From Candidatus Moraniibacteriota bacterium (GTDB lineage Bacteria > Patescibacteriota > Minisyncoccia > Moranbacterales > UBA1568): a stretch of DNA of 64,000 bases. Position numbers and translations under genes: made by a program. The DNA lies in the NCBI GenBank assembly GCA_030648835.1, contig JAUSGT010000002.1, positions 200,081-264,080 of the forward strand, written 5' to 3'. Under the pieces are notes generated by a model that did not search any database, was not told the DNA's origin, and was given only the letters and a program-made list of their open reading frames with translations. Of this stretch, positions 19,388 through 30,173 are shown piece after piece. Numbering within the stretch: the stretch's first letter is position 1; the number at the start of each line of letters is the position of its first letter.

Positions 19388-19738
19388 ATGTCACGAAGTC
19401 TCAAAAAAGGTCCATACGTTGATCCCAGAGTGCTGAAAAAGCTCGAAGGGAAAAAGCTTGGCGATCGCACCGTTATCAAGACGTGGTCGCGCGCTTGCAC
19501 CATTTCTCCGGAAATGACCGGTTTTACTTTTGGCGTGCACAACGGGAAGGATTTTATTTCTGTTTTTGTGACGGAAGAAATGGTAGGACACAAATTGGGT
19601 GAATTTTCTCCGACACGCAAATTCAGTCGTCACGGAGGGAAGATGCAGAAAGAATTGGAAATCGCCGCCAAGCAACGTGAGCTTGATGCCGCCAAAGCCG
19701 CCAAGGTCGCCGTGACCGCTCCAACCGATAAAAAGTAG
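19388..19738 (+). CDS. rpsS: Ribosomal protein S19, with a C-terminal extension
   Basis: [13 protein letters not shown]19 N-terminus plus an Ala/Lys-rich tail. Confidence 0.9.
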   Translation: MSRSLKKGPYVDPRVLKKLEGKKLGDRTVIKTWSRACTISPEMTGFTFGVHNGKDFISVFVTEEMVGHKLGEFSPTRKFSRHGGKMQKELEIAAKQRELDAAKAAKVAVTAPTDKK

Positions 19739-19746
19739 ATATCTAT

Positions 19747-20286
19747 ATGAAAGTCCACGCCACTCTCACAAATCTCCGTATTGCTCCACGTAAAGTGCGT
19801 CTCGTGACGCATACGCTTATTGGTGTTGATGCGCGTGAAGCGATGCTTCAGCTTTCGAAGATGGTCAAACGATCCACACAACCGATTTCTGATCTTTTGA
19901 AGAGTGCGATGGCGAATGCGACGAATAACAACGGACTAGATGAAGCGAACTTGTACATTCTGGAAATTCGAGTAGGAGACGGTTTGCGTTTGAAACGCTG
20001 GTTGCCACGGGCATTCGGAAGGGCGACCCCGCTTCTCCGCCGTGGGTCCAATGTGACGATTATCCTTGAGGAAAAGATTGAAGGCAAGAACCGTACAACG
20101 AAGAAAGCGGCGACTGAAACTGAAATTGAAAAAACAGAGGATCAGGAAACGACCGAAACGGAAAAAGACCACAAAGTTTCTCAAGTGGTGAAGCGTATAG
20201 AAAATAAAGAAGTAGCCAGAGGGGGAGCGGGCAAAAAAATCGCTCCCAAAGTGGTGAAAAAGGTGTTTCAACGAAAATCCGTCTAA
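19747..20286 (+). CDS. rplV: Ribosomal protein L22, with a long charged C-terminal extension
   Basis: L22-like core followed by an extension of about 70 aa rich in E, K and T. Confidence 0.85.
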   Translation: MKVHATLTNLRIAPRKVRLVTHTLIGVDAREAMLQLSKMVKRSTQPISDLLKSAMANATNNNGLDEANLYILEIRVGDGLRLKRWLPRAFGRATPLLRRGSNVTIILEEKIEGKNRTTKKAATETEIEKTEDQETTETEKDHKVSQVVKRIENKEVARGGAGKKIAPKVVKKVFQRKSV

Positions 20287-20307
20287 TAGAGGAAGCAAAT
20301 TATTGTT

Positions 20308-20967
20308 ATGGGAAATAAAGTCAATCCAACTGGTATCCGTCTCGGTATTACGACCAACTGGCTCTCGCGCTGGTTCGGGAGTAAGAAAACATATCGGCAG
20401 CAACTGCGCAAGGATATAGAGATCCGTGAGCTTATTGTGAACAAATGGAAAGCGGCCGCGATCGCTTCAGTACAGATTGAGCGGAATGGAAGCGCGGTAC
20501 GTCTTATCATTCACACAGCCCGTCCTGGCGTGCTTATTGGTCGTGGTGGTACCGGTATCGAGGATATGGCTCGGGTGATCAAAAAAAGATTCTTTGCCGG
20601 AAAAAAAGTGGATCTCAAAGTGGATATACAGGAAGTGAAGAACCCGGAAACGAATGCGATGTTGGTTGGTCAACAAGTGGCCGAACAATTGGAGAAGCGG
20701 CTGCCGTTTCGGCGCGTGCTGAAAACGATGCTGGATCAGGTGGAAGGGAACAAATCGGTGCAAGGAGTGAAAATAGAAATCTGTGGTCGCTTGGGCGGTG
20801 CTGAAATGTCGCGACGCGAATGGCTGTCTCGCGGAAAAATTCCTCTCCACACGCTGCGAGCCGATATCGATTTTGCCCTTGCGGAAGCGAGAACGACCTA
20901 TGGAGTGATTGGCGTGAAAACGTGGATTTACAAAGGTGAAAAGTTCGAAGAAGCGGAAAAAGAATAA
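20308..20967 (+). CDS. rpsC: Ribosomal protein S3
   Basis: [14 protein letters not shown]-terminus and KH-domain region. Confidence 0.9.
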   Translation: MGNKVNPTGIRLGITTNWLSRWFGSKKTYRQQLRKDIEIRELIVNKWKAAAIASVQIERNGSAVRLIIHTARPGVLIGRGGTGIEDMARVIKKRFFAGKKVDLKVDIQEVKNPETNAMLVGQQVAEQLEKRLPFRRVLKTMLDQVEGNKSVQGVKIEICGRLGGAEMSRREWLSRGKIPLHTLRADIDFALAEARTTYGVIGVKTWIYKGEKFEEAEKE

Positions 20968-20978
20968 CGGAAACATGT

Positions 20979-21389
20979 ATGTTGATGCCCAGAAAAGTAA
21001 AACATCGAAAAATCCATCGCGGAGGTTGGTCCGGAAGTAGCGCGACGCGTGGAGAGAAAGTCAGCTTTGGAAGCTATGGTCTGAAGGCTATGGAAGAAGG
21101 GTTGATTTCCGCTCGCCAGATCGAAGCCGCTCGTCGGGCTATGACGCGTTCCATCCAGCGCGGTGGCAAAGTGTGGATTCGTATATTCCCGGACAAGCCA
21201 ATGACCAAGAAAGGTGAACAGACGCCGATGGGTAAGGGGAAAGGGAGTGTCGATCATTTTGTCGCCAAGGTACGTGCCGGAAAAGTTCTTTTTGAACTGG
21301 ATGGCATCCCGAAGGCCGCCGCGGCTGAAGCGCTCCGTTTGGCTGCGCACAAACTGGCCGTAACGACAAAATTTGTAGTAAGACAATAG
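20979..21389 (+). CDS. rplP: Ribosomal protein L16
   Basis: [12 protein letters not shown]16 N-terminus. Confidence 0.9.
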   Translation: MLMPRKVKHRKIHRGGWSGSSATRGEKVSFGSYGLKAMEEGLISARQIEAARRAMTRSIQRGGKVWIRIFPDKPMTKKGEQTPMGKGKGSVDHFVAKVRAGKVLFELDGIPKAAAAEALRLAAHKLAVTTKFVVRQ

Positions 21390-21450
21390 GAAGAGTTTAT
21401 AAAGTAGAAAATTCATAAAGTTAAGAAGGTAAAAAGTTTGAAAAATTATA

Positions 21451-21666
21451 GTGATAGAAGATATGAAAGCAAGAGAATGGCGAGAAAAATCAAACGGTGA
21501 GCGCGAGAAAGCGCTTCTCGAACAGAGAGATAAGGCCCGCAAGCTGCGGTTTGATTTGGCGACGCGCGAGACCAAAACACATAGTGAATACAGAAAGACC
21601 AAGAAAGATATCGCTCGGCTGATGACACTCGAACAGGAGGCTTCCGTGACTATTGACGCAGTCTAA
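21451..21666 (+). CDS. rpmC: Ribosomal protein L29
   Basis: MKAREWREKS...L29-like helical protein. The true start is probably the ATG at 21463. Confidence 0.8.
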   Translation: MIEDMKAREWREKSNGEREKALLEQRDKARKLRFDLATRETKTHSEYRKTKKDIARLMTLEQEASVTIDAV

Positions 21667-21668
21667 AC

Positions 21669-21944
21669 ATGACATTAAGCAAGCATAGTATGAAAACGAC
21701 AACCGACAAAGTAAATAAAGCACCGAAGTGGAAGGGTGTGGTAGTCAGTAACAAGATGGCCAAAACCATTGTTGTGGCTGTGAGCACTCTGAAGACGCAT
21801 CCGAAATATCTGAAACAGTATCGTTCGACCAAGAGGTACAAGGTGCACGTCGAGGAAGGCACGTATGTTGTGGGTGATACCGTCACCTTTCAGGAGTGCC
21901 GTCCCATTAGTCGCGATAAACGGCACAAGATTGTCACCACATAA
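21669..21944 (+). CDS. rpsQ: Ribosomal protein S17
   Basis: KGVVVSNKMAKTIVVAV...RYKVHVEEG S17 motifs. Confidence 0.85.
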   Translation: MTLSKHSMKTTTDKVNKAPKWKGVVVSNKMAKTIVVAVSTLKTHPKYLKQYRSTKRYKVHVEEGTYVVGDTVTFQECRPISRDKRHKIVTT

Positions 21945-21959
21945 GAGAGAACAAGATTT

Positions 21960-22331
21960 ATGATCCAAGCAGAATCCATGCTCGTAGTAGCTGATAACAG
22001 TGGCGCAAAAACCATCAAGTGTTTCAAGGTGCTCGGTGGTACACGCCGCCGGTATGCCGGACTCGGGGATATAGTTGTCGCTTCCGTAAAGTCCGCTCTG
22101 CCACGGGGTATTGTCAAGAAAGGTGAGATAGTGAAAGTTGTGATTGTCCGTCAGCGCAAGGCGTATCGCCGCAAAGATAACTCCTACATTCGTTTTGACG
22201 AAAACGCTGCCGTGATTCTCGATGCCAATAATGTTGATCCCAAGGGTACGCGTATTTTTGGTCCGGTTGCGCGTGAACTGCGTGAAAGGGGATTTGCCAA
22301 AATTGTTTCGCTCGCTCCGGAAGTTTTGTAA
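21960..22331 (+). CDS. rplN: Ribosomal protein L14
   Basis: [18 protein letters not shown]14 signature. Confidence 0.95.
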   Translation: MIQAESMLVVADNSGAKTIKCFKVLGGTRRRYAGLGDIVVASVKSALPRGIVKKGEIVKVVIVRQRKAYRRKDNSYIRFDENAAVILDANNVDPKGTRIFGPVARELRERGFAKIVSLAPEVL

Positions 22332-22340
22332 AGTATACAT

Positions 22341-22646
22341 ATGAAAATTAAGAAAGGTGATCAGGTGGAAATCATTGCAGGCAAAGACTCCGGGAAACGC
22401 GGAGAAGTGTTACACGTTTTTCCAAGGTTGGAAAAAGTAGTGGTAAAAGGGGCCAACAGCATGAAGCGCCATGTTCGCCCCAAGCGGGATGGAGAAAAAG
22501 GACAACGGATTGAGAAAGAGGCTCCAATCCATGTTTCCAATGTTATGCTCGTTTGCCCTCATACGAATACAGTGACTCGGATCGGTTACAAGATTGAGGG
22601 CGGAGAAAAAGTACGGATAAGCAAGAAGAGCGGTAAAGTTATCTAA
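22341..22646 (+). CDS. rplX: Ribosomal protein L24
   Basis: [24 protein letters not shown] motif. Confidence 0.9.
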   Translation: MKIKKGDQVEIIAGKDSGKRGEVLHVFPRLEKVVVKGANSMKRHVRPKRDGEKGQRIEKEAPIHVSNVMLVCPHTNTVTRIGYKIEGGEKVRISKKSGKVI

Positions 22647-22649
22647 CCT

Positions 22650-23216
22650 ATGAAAATGTCATCGAAGAAACAAATCTATAGCGAGAAAGTCGTTCCGGCT
22701 CTCATGAAGGAACTTGGCATCAAAAATGTGCTGGCTATTCCGCGTGTCGGAAAAGTTGTCGTGAATGTTGGTACGGGCAAGATTTTGAAGGATACGAAGC
22801 GAGTAGACGATGTCATCGCATCTCTTGAGGCAATCACCGGGCAAAAAGTGCTTCAGACCAAGGCGCGCAAGGCGATTGCCGGTTTCAAAACACGAGAGGG
22901 TTTGGAGGTAGGTGCTCGCGTGACACTGCATGGTAAGCGGATGTGGGATTTTCTCGATCGTTTGTTCAATGTGGCGCTGCCTCGCGTACGTGATTTCCAA
23001 GGGATTCCAAAGAGTTCCATTGATCAGAGTGGCAATTGCAACATCGGCATCAAGGAGCACGTGGTTTTCCCGGAAATTGTTCCGGAGAGAGTGCAGAATA
23101 TTTTCAGTTTCCAGGTGAACATTGTCACGACCGCGAAGAACAAGAAGGAAGGTGAAGCGTTGTTCCGTCTCCTTGGTCTGCCCATTTCACAGGATGAATT
23201 TAAACAGGAAAAATAA
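22650..23216 (+). CDS. rplE: Ribosomal protein L5
   Basis: Operon position and L5-like motifs. Confidence 0.9.
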   Translation: MKMSSKKQIYSEKVVPALMKELGIKNVLAIPRVGKVVVNVGTGKILKDTKRVDDVIASLEAITGQKVLQTKARKAIAGFKTREGLEVGARVTLHGKRMWDFLDRLFNVALPRVRDFQGIPKSSIDQSGNCNIGIKEHVVFPEIVPERVQNIFSFQVNIVTTAKNKKEGEALFRLLGLPISQDEFKQEK

Positions 23217-23233
23217 CCCATTCTCTTACCTAT

Positions 23234-23419
23234 ATGGCAAAAACATCAACTGCGGCGCGCGCACTCAAAACCCCGAAATTTTCGACCCGTATTGTCAGAC
23301 GGTGTTGGAAGTGCGGTCGGAAACGTGGGTATTTGCGTAGATTCGACCTCTGTCGTATCTGTTTCCGTGAACTTGCCAACAAGGGTGAGATTCCGGGAGT
23401 GAAAAAAGCCTCCTGGTAG
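23234..23419 (+). CDS. rpsN: Ribosomal protein S14, type Z (zinc-binding)
   Basis: [23 protein letters not shown] CxxC...CxxC motif, 61 aa. Confidence 0.9.
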   Translation: MAKTSTAARALKTPKFSTRIVRRCWKCGRKRGYLRRFDLCRICFRELANKGEIPGVKKASW

Positions 23420-23534
23420 TCGAAAAAAGCTCCATGAGCTTCTTCACTTCACTAGCTTGTTAGGAATAACGGCTGATGAGATGAGGAAATTAAGGAGACC
23501 GAAAGTTAACGAAGCTAAAAGCTAGATAAAGAAT

Positions 23535-23939
23535 ATGTTAGATCCAATTGCAGACATGTTGACCAGAATTCGCAACGCGCAGGCCGCTGGCCACACCACG
23601 GTGACTATGCACGCTTCGAAACTCAAATGTACTATTGCCGAGATTCTTCTTCGCGAAGGATTTGTCGCGCGTATGGAAAAACAGATTGATGGTATCCGTG
23701 AAACGTTGTGCATTTGGCTCAAATATACTGTTGTATCACAAACAGAAAGGGCTCCGGCTATTCAAGAGATGACGCGGATCAGCAAGCAGGGGTGTCGTGT
23801 TTATGTGAAAAAAAGTGAAATCAAGAAAGTGAAAAATGGGTACGGTATCGCGATTGTCTCCACCTCAGAGGGGGTGATGACCGGCAAGGAAGCCTATCGC
23901 CGAGGTTTGGGAGGAGAATATATCTGTCGCGTGTGGTAA
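23535..23939 (+). CDS. rpsH: Ribosomal protein S8
   Basis: MLDPIADMLTRIRNA S8 N-terminus. Confidence 0.95.
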   Translation: MLDPIADMLTRIRNAQAAGHTTVTMHASKLKCTIAEILLREGFVARMEKQIDGIRETLCIWLKYTVVSQTERAPAIQEMTRISKQGCRVYVKKSEIKKVKNGYGIAIVSTSEGVMTGKEAYRRGLGGEYICRVW

Positions 23940-23958
23940 AAAATGAACGTCAAGAATT

Positions 23959-24495
23959 ATGAGTAGAATCGGAAAAAAACCAGTCAGTATCCCAGCCGGA
24001 GTAGAAGTGAAACTCTCAGGGAGCGTGATCGCCGTCAAGGGTTCCAAGGGGACACTCCAGTTTTCGCATCGTCGTGAAGTGAAAGTAGCCGTGGAAGAAA
24101 ACACGGTTTTGGTGACGAAAGTGGGAGAGACCAAGAAAGCTCAGGCTATTTGGGGGACAACGACGAAGCTGATTGCCAATATGATCGCCGGAGTGACAAC
24201 TGGTTTTCAGAAACAATTGGAATTGAACGGCGTCGGTTTCCGAATGGCGGTTGCCGGAAAGAAACTGAATATGGCGCTCGGTTTTTCTCACCCGGTAGAA
24301 AAGGTCATTCCGGAGGAGTTGGAAGCAAAAGTGGAAAACAACATCTTGACTATTTCCGGTATTGACAAACAAAAAGTGGGGGAATTCGCCGCGGTTGTGA
24401 GAAAATTGAAACGGGTCGAACCGTACAAGGGGAAAGGGTTCCGCTATGTGGGCGAGATTGTGCGTCGCAAAGAGGGCAAGAAAGCCGCTGCCTAA
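23959..24495 (+). CDS. rplF: Ribosomal protein L6
   Basis: MSRIGKKPVSIPAGVEV L6 N-terminus. Confidence 0.95.
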   Translation: MSRIGKKPVSIPAGVEVKLSGSVIAVKGSKGTLQFSHRREVKVAVEENTVLVTKVGETKKAQAIWGTTTKLIANMIAGVTTGFQKQLELNGVGFRMAVAGKKLNMALGFSHPVEKVIPEELEAKVENNILTISGIDKQKVGEFAAVVRKLKRVEPYKGKGFRYVGEIVRRKEGKKAAA

Positions 24496-24507
24496 TAAAA
24501 TATTTTT

Positions 24508-24870
24508 TTGAGTATGTTAAAGCGAGAAATGAAAAAAGTGAAGCGGTTCGAGCGGAAGCGTCGGATTCGCGCCAAAATTATCGGTACGGCAACAGTCCCG
24601 CGTCTGGCAATATTTCGTAGTTTGAGAAATATTTCGGTGCAGGCTATTGATGATAAAGCAGGTAAAACATTGGCGCAAGCGAATTTAGCCGAACTTGGCA
24701 AGAAGGCAAAAAATACGGTTGTTGGGGCAGCTCTTGTGGGGACAACAATTGCCGAGCGTCTAGTGAAACTAAAAGTGGAGAAAGTAGTTTTTGATCGCGC
24801 TGGATATACATATCATGGCAAGGTAAAAGCGCTTGCCGAAGCGGTACGGCAGAGCGGTCTTCTTTCTTAA
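24508..24870 (+). CDS. rplR: Ribosomal protein L18
   Basis: Operon position. PRLAIFRSLRNI...and the L18 C-terminus. Confidence 0.85.
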   Translation: MSMLKREMKKVKRFERKRRIRAKIIGTATVPRLAIFRSLRNISVQAIDDKAGKTLAQANLAELGKKAKNTVVGAALVGTTIAERLVKLKVEKVVFDRAGYTYHGKVKALAEAVRQSGLLS

Positions 24871-24901
24871 GTTACGTTAATCAGCCAGTATTCAAGCATT
24901 T

Positions 24902-25426
24902 ATGGCAAAACCAGGAAAAAGAATGGGTAGACGGGAGAAACCGGAGTACGAACAGAAGCTTCTCAATTTGGCGCGTGTCACACGCGTGGTGAAGGGGGGC
25001 AGACGTTTTCGTTTTCGCGCCACTCTCGTGATCGGTAACCGCAAAGGCAAAGTGGGAGTAGGCGTTGCCAAGGGCTCCGATGTGTCTGACGCTATCCAGA
25101 AAGCTTTTAATGATGCCAAAAAAAATCTTGTCACCATCCAATTGGCCGGTTCGACTATTTCTCATGACATTTCAGCAAAGCTTGGCAGCGCGCGAGTTCT
25201 CCTCAAGCCGGCTTCGGAAGGGCGGGGGATTATTGCCGGCGGAGCGGTGCGCAGCGTGGTTCATCTCTTGGGAGTGAAAGATATTGTTTCCAAATCTTTG
25301 GGGGCTTCCAACCCGCTCAATGTCGCTCGGGTTACCGTGAAGGCGCTTCTCAAATTGAAGGCACCACGGGAAAAAATAACCAATAACCAAGAACCAATAA
25401 TCAAAGAAGAATCAAAAAAATCTTAA
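24902..25426 (+). CDS. rpsE: Ribosomal protein S5
   Basis: RVTRVVKGGRRFRFRATLVIGN S5 signature. Confidence 0.9.
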   Translation: MAKPGKRMGRREKPEYEQKLLNLARVTRVVKGGRRFRFRATLVIGNRKGKVGVGVAKGSDVSDAIQKAFNDAKKNLVTIQLAGSTISHDISAKLGSARVLLKPASEGRGIIAGGAVRSVVHLLGVKDIVSKSLGASNPLNVARVTVKALLKLKAPREKITNNQEPIIKEESKKS

Positions 25427-25452
25427 GTTATAGGTTATAAGTTACGTATATT

Positions 25453-25878
25453 ATGCAAATTCATCAACTCTCTGTCGCAAAAAAGAAAGAACGCAAGCGT
25501 ATCGGGCGCGGTGGCAAACGTGGCACAACGGCTGGTCGGGGTAGCAACGGCCAAAAATCCCGTTCCGGGGCTTCTGTAGACCCGCTTTTTGAAGGTGGAC
25601 GCTCGACATTTCTGGAACGTTTGAAAAAGGTGCGCGGGTTCAAATCCATTCACGCGAAAAAATGTCTCGTAAATCTGACCGAACTGGACGCGGCGTATAC
25701 AAGTGGCGAAACAATCACTGTCGCTTCACTTATTGAGAAAAAAATAGTCGCGAAAACAGCCCTGCGGCGCGGTATCAAGATTGTAGCGACCGGAGTGCTC
25801 AAGAAAAAGCTTATTTTGGGAGACGGTATTGACGCATCGGAGAAAGCCGGCATTCTCTTTCAGACAATCTCCAAATAA
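25453..25878 (+). CDS. rplO: Ribosomal protein L15 (no rpmD/L30 gene precedes it)
   Basis: KRIGRGGKRGTTAGRGSNGQKSRSG L15 glycine-rich N-terminus. Confidence 0.9.
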   Translation: MQIHQLSVAKKKERKRIGRGGKRGTTAGRGSNGQKSRSGASVDPLFEGGRSTFLERLKKVRGFKSIHAKKCLVNLTELDAAYTSGETITVASLIEKKIVAKTALRRGIKIVATGVLKKKLILGDGIDASEKAGILFQTISK

Positions 25879-25963
25879 GACTGGCTCTTTCTTTCGGCGG
25901 TTGCTTCTCGGGCGCGTAACAAGGTATACTAGTCCGTGTTAAGGAAACTGATTTTTTTCTGCT

Positions 25964-27235
25964 ATGCGCGAAACTTTTCTGAATATTTTCCGGATAACGG
26001 AGCTCCGTAATAAAATTCTTTTTATCCTGGGGCTGCTCGTTGTCTACCGTATTGCCGCCAATATTCCGCTTCCGGGAGTGGATGTTTTGGCTTTGAAGCG
26101 GCTTTTTGAGGATAACGCTTTTCTGGGGCTTCTCAACGTTTTTTCCGGCGGTGGGCTTTCCAATATTTCCATTGTTCTTCTCGGTGTTGCGCCGTATATT
26201 ACGGCTTCGATTATTATGCAACTTATGACGACAATCGTTCCGAGTTTGGAACGACTCTATAAGGAAGAAGGTGAAATTGGTCGGCAAAAATTCAATATGT
26301 GGACGCGTTGGATCACCGTGCCCCTCGCTGCTTTGCAGTCTTTTAGTATGCTTTCTCTCCTCCGTTCCCAACAGATCTTGGGTGATATTACACCGTTCAA
26401 TATGGCGGTGATCATCGTCAGCGCCACGGCCGGAACAGTATTTCTCATGTGGCTTGGCGAACTGATTACAGAGAAAGGCCTCGGTAATGGAGTCTCTATG
26501 ATCATTTTTGCCGGTATCGTATCGAGTTTGCCGACCGATGCCTCGCGTTTTGTAGCCACATGGGAACCATCTCAGGTTTTTACATATATTCTTTTTGCTT
26601 TGGTGGCTGCCGTGACTATCGCCGGAGTAATTTTTGTCAATGAAGGACAGCGGACAGTTCCGGTGGCTTATGCCAAACGCGTACGGGGGGCTCAGGTATA
26701 CGGTGGGTCGGCTACTCACTTGCCGCTTAGGGTCAATCAGGCAGGCGTCATCCCGATCATTTTTGCGGTGTCGCTTATTCTGATTCCGACCATGGTAGCC
26801 AACTTTCTTGCCCAAAGCAGTAATGCAAAAGTAGCGAGCATCGCTCTTTCCGCAAGCGCCTGGTTGCAGGATCAATGGGTATACGGGCTCCTCTATTTTG
26901 CTCTGGTGGTGGTGTTCACCTATTTCTACACAGCCGTTGTTTTCGACCCGGTCAAGATAGCAGAAAATCTTCAGAAGCAAGGAGGCTATATCCCCGGTAT
27001 TCGTCCGGGCAATACCACGGCGGAATATCTCTATCATATTATCAACCGTATCACGTTGGCGGGGGCGTTTTTCTTGGGAGGCATCGCCGTATTGCCGTTT
27101 GTTGTGCAAGGAGTGACCGGTATTCAGTCGTTTTCCATCGGAGGTATAAGCATTCTCATCGTCGTTTCCGTGGTGTTGGAGACGATCAAACATGTGCAGA
27201 GTCAGCTGACGATGCGCAGTTACGAAAGTTTTTAA
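25964..27235 (+). CDS. secY: Preprotein translocase SecY
   Basis: 10-TM protein in the canonical position after rplO, with SecY-like motifs. Confidence 0.95.
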   Translation: MRETFLNIFRITELRNKILFILGLLVVYRIAANIPLPGVDVLALKRLFEDNAFLGLLNVFSGGGLSNISIVLLGVAPYITASIIMQLMTTIVPSLERLYKEEGEIGRQKFNMWTRWITVPLAALQSFSMLSLLRSQQILGDITPFNMAVIIVSATAGTVFLMWLGELITEKGLGNGVSMIIFAGIVSSLPTDASRFVATWEPSQVFTYILFALVAAVTIAGVIFVNEGQRTVPVAYAKRVRGAQVYGGSATHLPLRVNQAGVIPIIFAVSLILIPTMVANFLAQSSNAKVASIALSASAWLQDQWVYGLLYFALVVVFTYFYTAVVFDPVKIAENLQKQGGYIPGIRPGNTTAEYLYHIINRITLAGAFFLGGIAVLPFVVQGVTGIQSFSIGGISILIVVSVVLETIKHVQSQLTMRSYESF

Positions 27236-27262
27236 CGCAAGCTAAAAAATAAAAACTTCAAC

Positions 27263-27928
27263 GTGATGATGACACCAAAGAATTATATTTTACTGGGACC
27301 TCCGGGCAGCGGCAAGAGTACTCAGGCAGAGCTTTTGAGAGAAGTGCTGAATCTCCGGCATATCGATATTGGTTCGGAACTTCGAGCGGTCGCGGAAGAG
27401 GATACGCCGTTTGGACGCGCGCTCAATGATATTATTCATCGTCAGCATATGTTGGCTTCGGATGATATTATGAAGACTGTTTTTGAGCAGGCCATTCGGC
27501 GCGTTCCTGAAACGCAGGGTATATTGCTTGATGGCGCGCCGCGGCGCAGTTCCCAAATCGATGAGGTCCTGCAGGTGTTTCAGTCGGTAAATCGCTCCGT
27601 CAGTAAGGTTATTTTTATTGATCTTCCCGAGGCAGAATCTATCAGTCGTATTTCCAAACGTTATCTGTGTTTTGGTTGTCGGCGGCCGTATATTCTTGGC
27701 AAGGATCTTTTGACTGCCGATGTCGCCTGTAGCGTCTGTGGAGGAAAAATCGGTCAGCGCAAAGATGATACGACCGAGGGGGTGCGCAAGCGTTTCCAGA
27801 TTTTTCAATCCGAAACGTTGCCGGTTATAGAATATTTTGAAAAAGAAGGTCTGCTGTTACGTATTGACGGTAAGCGGGAAGCTCCGGCAATCTTTCAAGA
27901 TATCCGAGAGAAAATCAATATGGCGTAA
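27263..27928 (+). CDS. adk: Adenylate kinase (zinc-lid type)
   Basis: GPPGSGKSTQ P-loop. Lid carries CFGC...CSVCGG cysteines. Confidence 0.9.
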   Translation: MMMTPKNYILLGPPGSGKSTQAELLREVLNLRHIDIGSELRAVAEEDTPFGRALNDIIHRQHMLASDDIMKTVFEQAIRRVPETQGILLDGAPRRSSQIDEVLQVFQSVNRSVSKVIFIDLPEAESISRISKRYLCFGCRRPYILGKDLLTADVACSVCGGKIGQRKDDTTEGVRKRFQIFQSETLPVIEYFEKEGLLLRIDGKREAPAIFQDIREKINMA

Positions 27929-27933
27929 GCTTT

Positions 27934-28707
27934 ATGATTGTGACTCTCACTAAAACAGAGGAGGAGATAGCGCGGCTCAAGGAGTCGGGGAAACGTTTGG
28001 CCCACGTGCTCGAAAAAGTGACGGCAATGGTTGCTCCGGGACTGTCAACCAAGGATATTGATGTTTTGAGTGAGCGGCTTATCCGCGAATCCGGCGGCAT
28101 CCCTATTTTCAAAGGGTATGGCGGCGGTTCAGGCCGGCCGTTTCCGGCGACACTCTGCACATCGCTCAATGAGGAAGTAGTGCACGGTATTCCCAACGCA
28201 GAAAGAAAAATACGGACCGGAGATTTGCTGAAATTGGATATTGGTATGCGGTTTGAAGGAATGGTGACCGATATGGCGCGGACCGTCCGAGTGGGGGAGG
28301 TAACTCCAGATGTGGAAAAACTCGCGGCTGTGACGGAAGAGAGTCTCAAACGCGGTATTGTGGAGCTTCGTCCGGGAGCGCGTATCTCGGCGTATGCCAG
28401 GGCTGTGCAGAGTTATGTTGAAGAAAACGGTTTTTCGGTCGTGCGTGATTTGGTCGGCCATGGTGTCGGCCACGAACTTCATGAAGAGCCTCAGATCCCC
28501 AATTACGTTTCTCGGGAAATGGATGACTTCGTCGTAAAGAAAGGGATGACACTGGCCCTCGAACCGATGGTTAATATGGGAACCTTTGCCGTAAAGATTG
28601 CCCGCGATGGCTGGACTTTTGTGACAGTCGATGGGAAGTGGAGCGCTCACTGCGAGGATACCGTCGTGATCACGGAAAACGGAGCGGAAGTCGTAACGCG
28701 TGTTTAG
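27934..28707 (+). CDS. map: Methionine aminopeptidase type I
   Basis: Pita-bread fold motifs (VHGIPN, DIGMRFEG, HGVGHELHE). Confidence 0.9.
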   Translation: MIVTLTKTEEEIARLKESGKRLAHVLEKVTAMVAPGLSTKDIDVLSERLIRESGGIPIFKGYGGGSGRPFPATLCTSLNEEVVHGIPNAERKIRTGDLLKLDIGMRFEGMVTDMARTVRVGEVTPDVEKLAAVTEESLKRGIVELRPGARISAYARAVQSYVEENGFSVVRDLVGHGVGHELHEEPQIPNYVSREMDDFVVKKGMTLALEPMVNMGTFAVKIARDGWTFVTVDGKWSAHCEDTVVITENGAEVVTRV

Positions 28708-28798
28708 TATCGGGTATCTGGTATTACGTATCATGTATAAAGCAGAATATGGATACGTGATACAAAATACATGATACATTATACGAAATCCGTCTAAG

Positions 28799-29245
28799 AT
28801 GGAAAAATTTTTCTGTAAAAAATCTATTATGGACGAAGATAAATCAAAAAATTTCCTAGGCATTGACTGGGGTTCGGTGAAAGTCGGGATAGCGCTCGGG
28901 CACGCTGAAACAAGGCTAGCGCTCGCTTATGCGACTTTGGAAAATAATAAAGAACTACTGCTTCGTCTGGGTGAAATAATTGCCGCGGAGCATATCGGTA
29001 CGGTGGTGATCGGTATTCCATCGTATATCAACCGTGAAGAAGTGGAATATGAAGGGGAGAAACTCGGGCGCCTGCTAGAGCAACGCTTTTTGGTCTCAGT
29101 GGAGTATCAAAACGAAATGTTTACGACGAAGATGGCTCAGGCCAATCTGATCGAGCGTGGGGAAAAAGGCGTATCTTCGCATGATGACGAAGAAGCCGCA
29201 CGGATTATTCTCCAGGAATGGCTGGAGAGGAAAGACATCCGATAG
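28799..29245 (+). CDS. ruvX: RuvX/YqgF-family Holliday junction resolvase-like nuclease
   Basis: GIDWGSVKVGIALG RNase H-like N-terminus, about 140 aa. Confidence 0.7.
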   Translation: MEKFFCKKSIMDEDKSKNFLGIDWGSVKVGIALGHAETRLALAYATLENNKELLLRLGEIIAAEHIGTVVIGIPSYINREEVEYEGEKLGRLLEQRFLVSVEYQNEMFTTKMAQANLIERGEKGVSSHDDEEAARIILQEWLERKDIR

Positions 29246-29352
29246 TGGAGGTGTTTTTTGTTGTCAAGCGACGCGGGCGGGGTGTGGAACTTCCTTTTTT
29301 GTGTTAGAATACAGGCATAATATATGAGGGTACTTTTGTCCCGATTTTTTCT

Positions 29353-30126
29353 ATGGAACAGCCTTTTTTATCGGTGGTTATCCCTGCGTATAAGGAAGGG
29401 GATCGTATTGGACGCAATTTACTGGAAATAGATCAGTATCTCAAGGGAAAGAATTATACGTATGAGATTGTCGTTGTTGTGGACGGCTCTCCGGACAATA
29501 CCGCAGAAGTGGCTCGCAATTATGCCCTGCAGGTTCCGCATGTGCGTGTCATCGACAATAAGGAAAATTATGGCAAGGGGTACGTCGTGCGCCAAGGACT
29601 GCTGGAGGCCAAAGGAAGATGGCGTCTGTTTCTTGATGCCGACGGGTCTACTTCCATCACGCATTTGGATTCGTTTTCCACTCAATTTGAAGCCGGATAC
29701 GACGTGATTATTGGTTCGCGTAAGATCGAGGGCGCTTTTATTCAGGTTCATCAGCCGAAGTATCGCGAAATTATGGGAGAGGGAGGGAACTGGCTCATTC
29801 GCATCGTTTTGGGATTATGGAGTTATCCGGACACACAATGCGGCTTCAAGATCCTTTCTGATACCGCTGCCAAAGAAATAGCCAGTCGCATGGTGGTAGA
29901 TCGCTTTGGTTTTGATTTTGAGCTTATTATTCTTGCCATCAAACTTGGTTTCAAGGTGAAACAGATGCCGGTGCGCTGGATGAATGAAGAAGGATCGACC
30001 GTGAAACTGACGGGATCGAACGGATTTATTCAAGTGCTTATCGATTTGTTCAAAACAAAGTGGCGCTTTTTTACCGGAGCGTACCATATTGGCGAATACA
30101 CGAAAAAGAAAGCCATCATCGTTTAA
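29353..30126 (+). CDS. Family 2 glycosyltransferase (DPM1-like)
   Basis: LSVVIPAYKE...VVVDGSPDNT...DADGS GT-A fold motifs. Confidence 0.8.
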   Translation: MEQPFLSVVIPAYKEGDRIGRNLLEIDQYLKGKNYTYEIVVVVDGSPDNTAEVARNYALQVPHVRVIDNKENYGKGYVVRQGLLEAKGRWRLFLDADGSTSITHLDSFSTQFEAGYDVIIGSRKIEGAFIQVHQPKYREIMGEGGNWLIRIVLGLWSYPDTQCGFKILSDTAAKEIASRMVVDRFGFDFELIILAIKLGFKVKQMPVRWMNEEGSTVKLTGSNGFIQVLIDLFKTKWRFFTGAYHIGEYTKKKAIIV

Positions 30127-30173
30127 AATAAAAGGCCGAAAGAAAAAGAGGACAAAAACAAATTTTAAAACAC

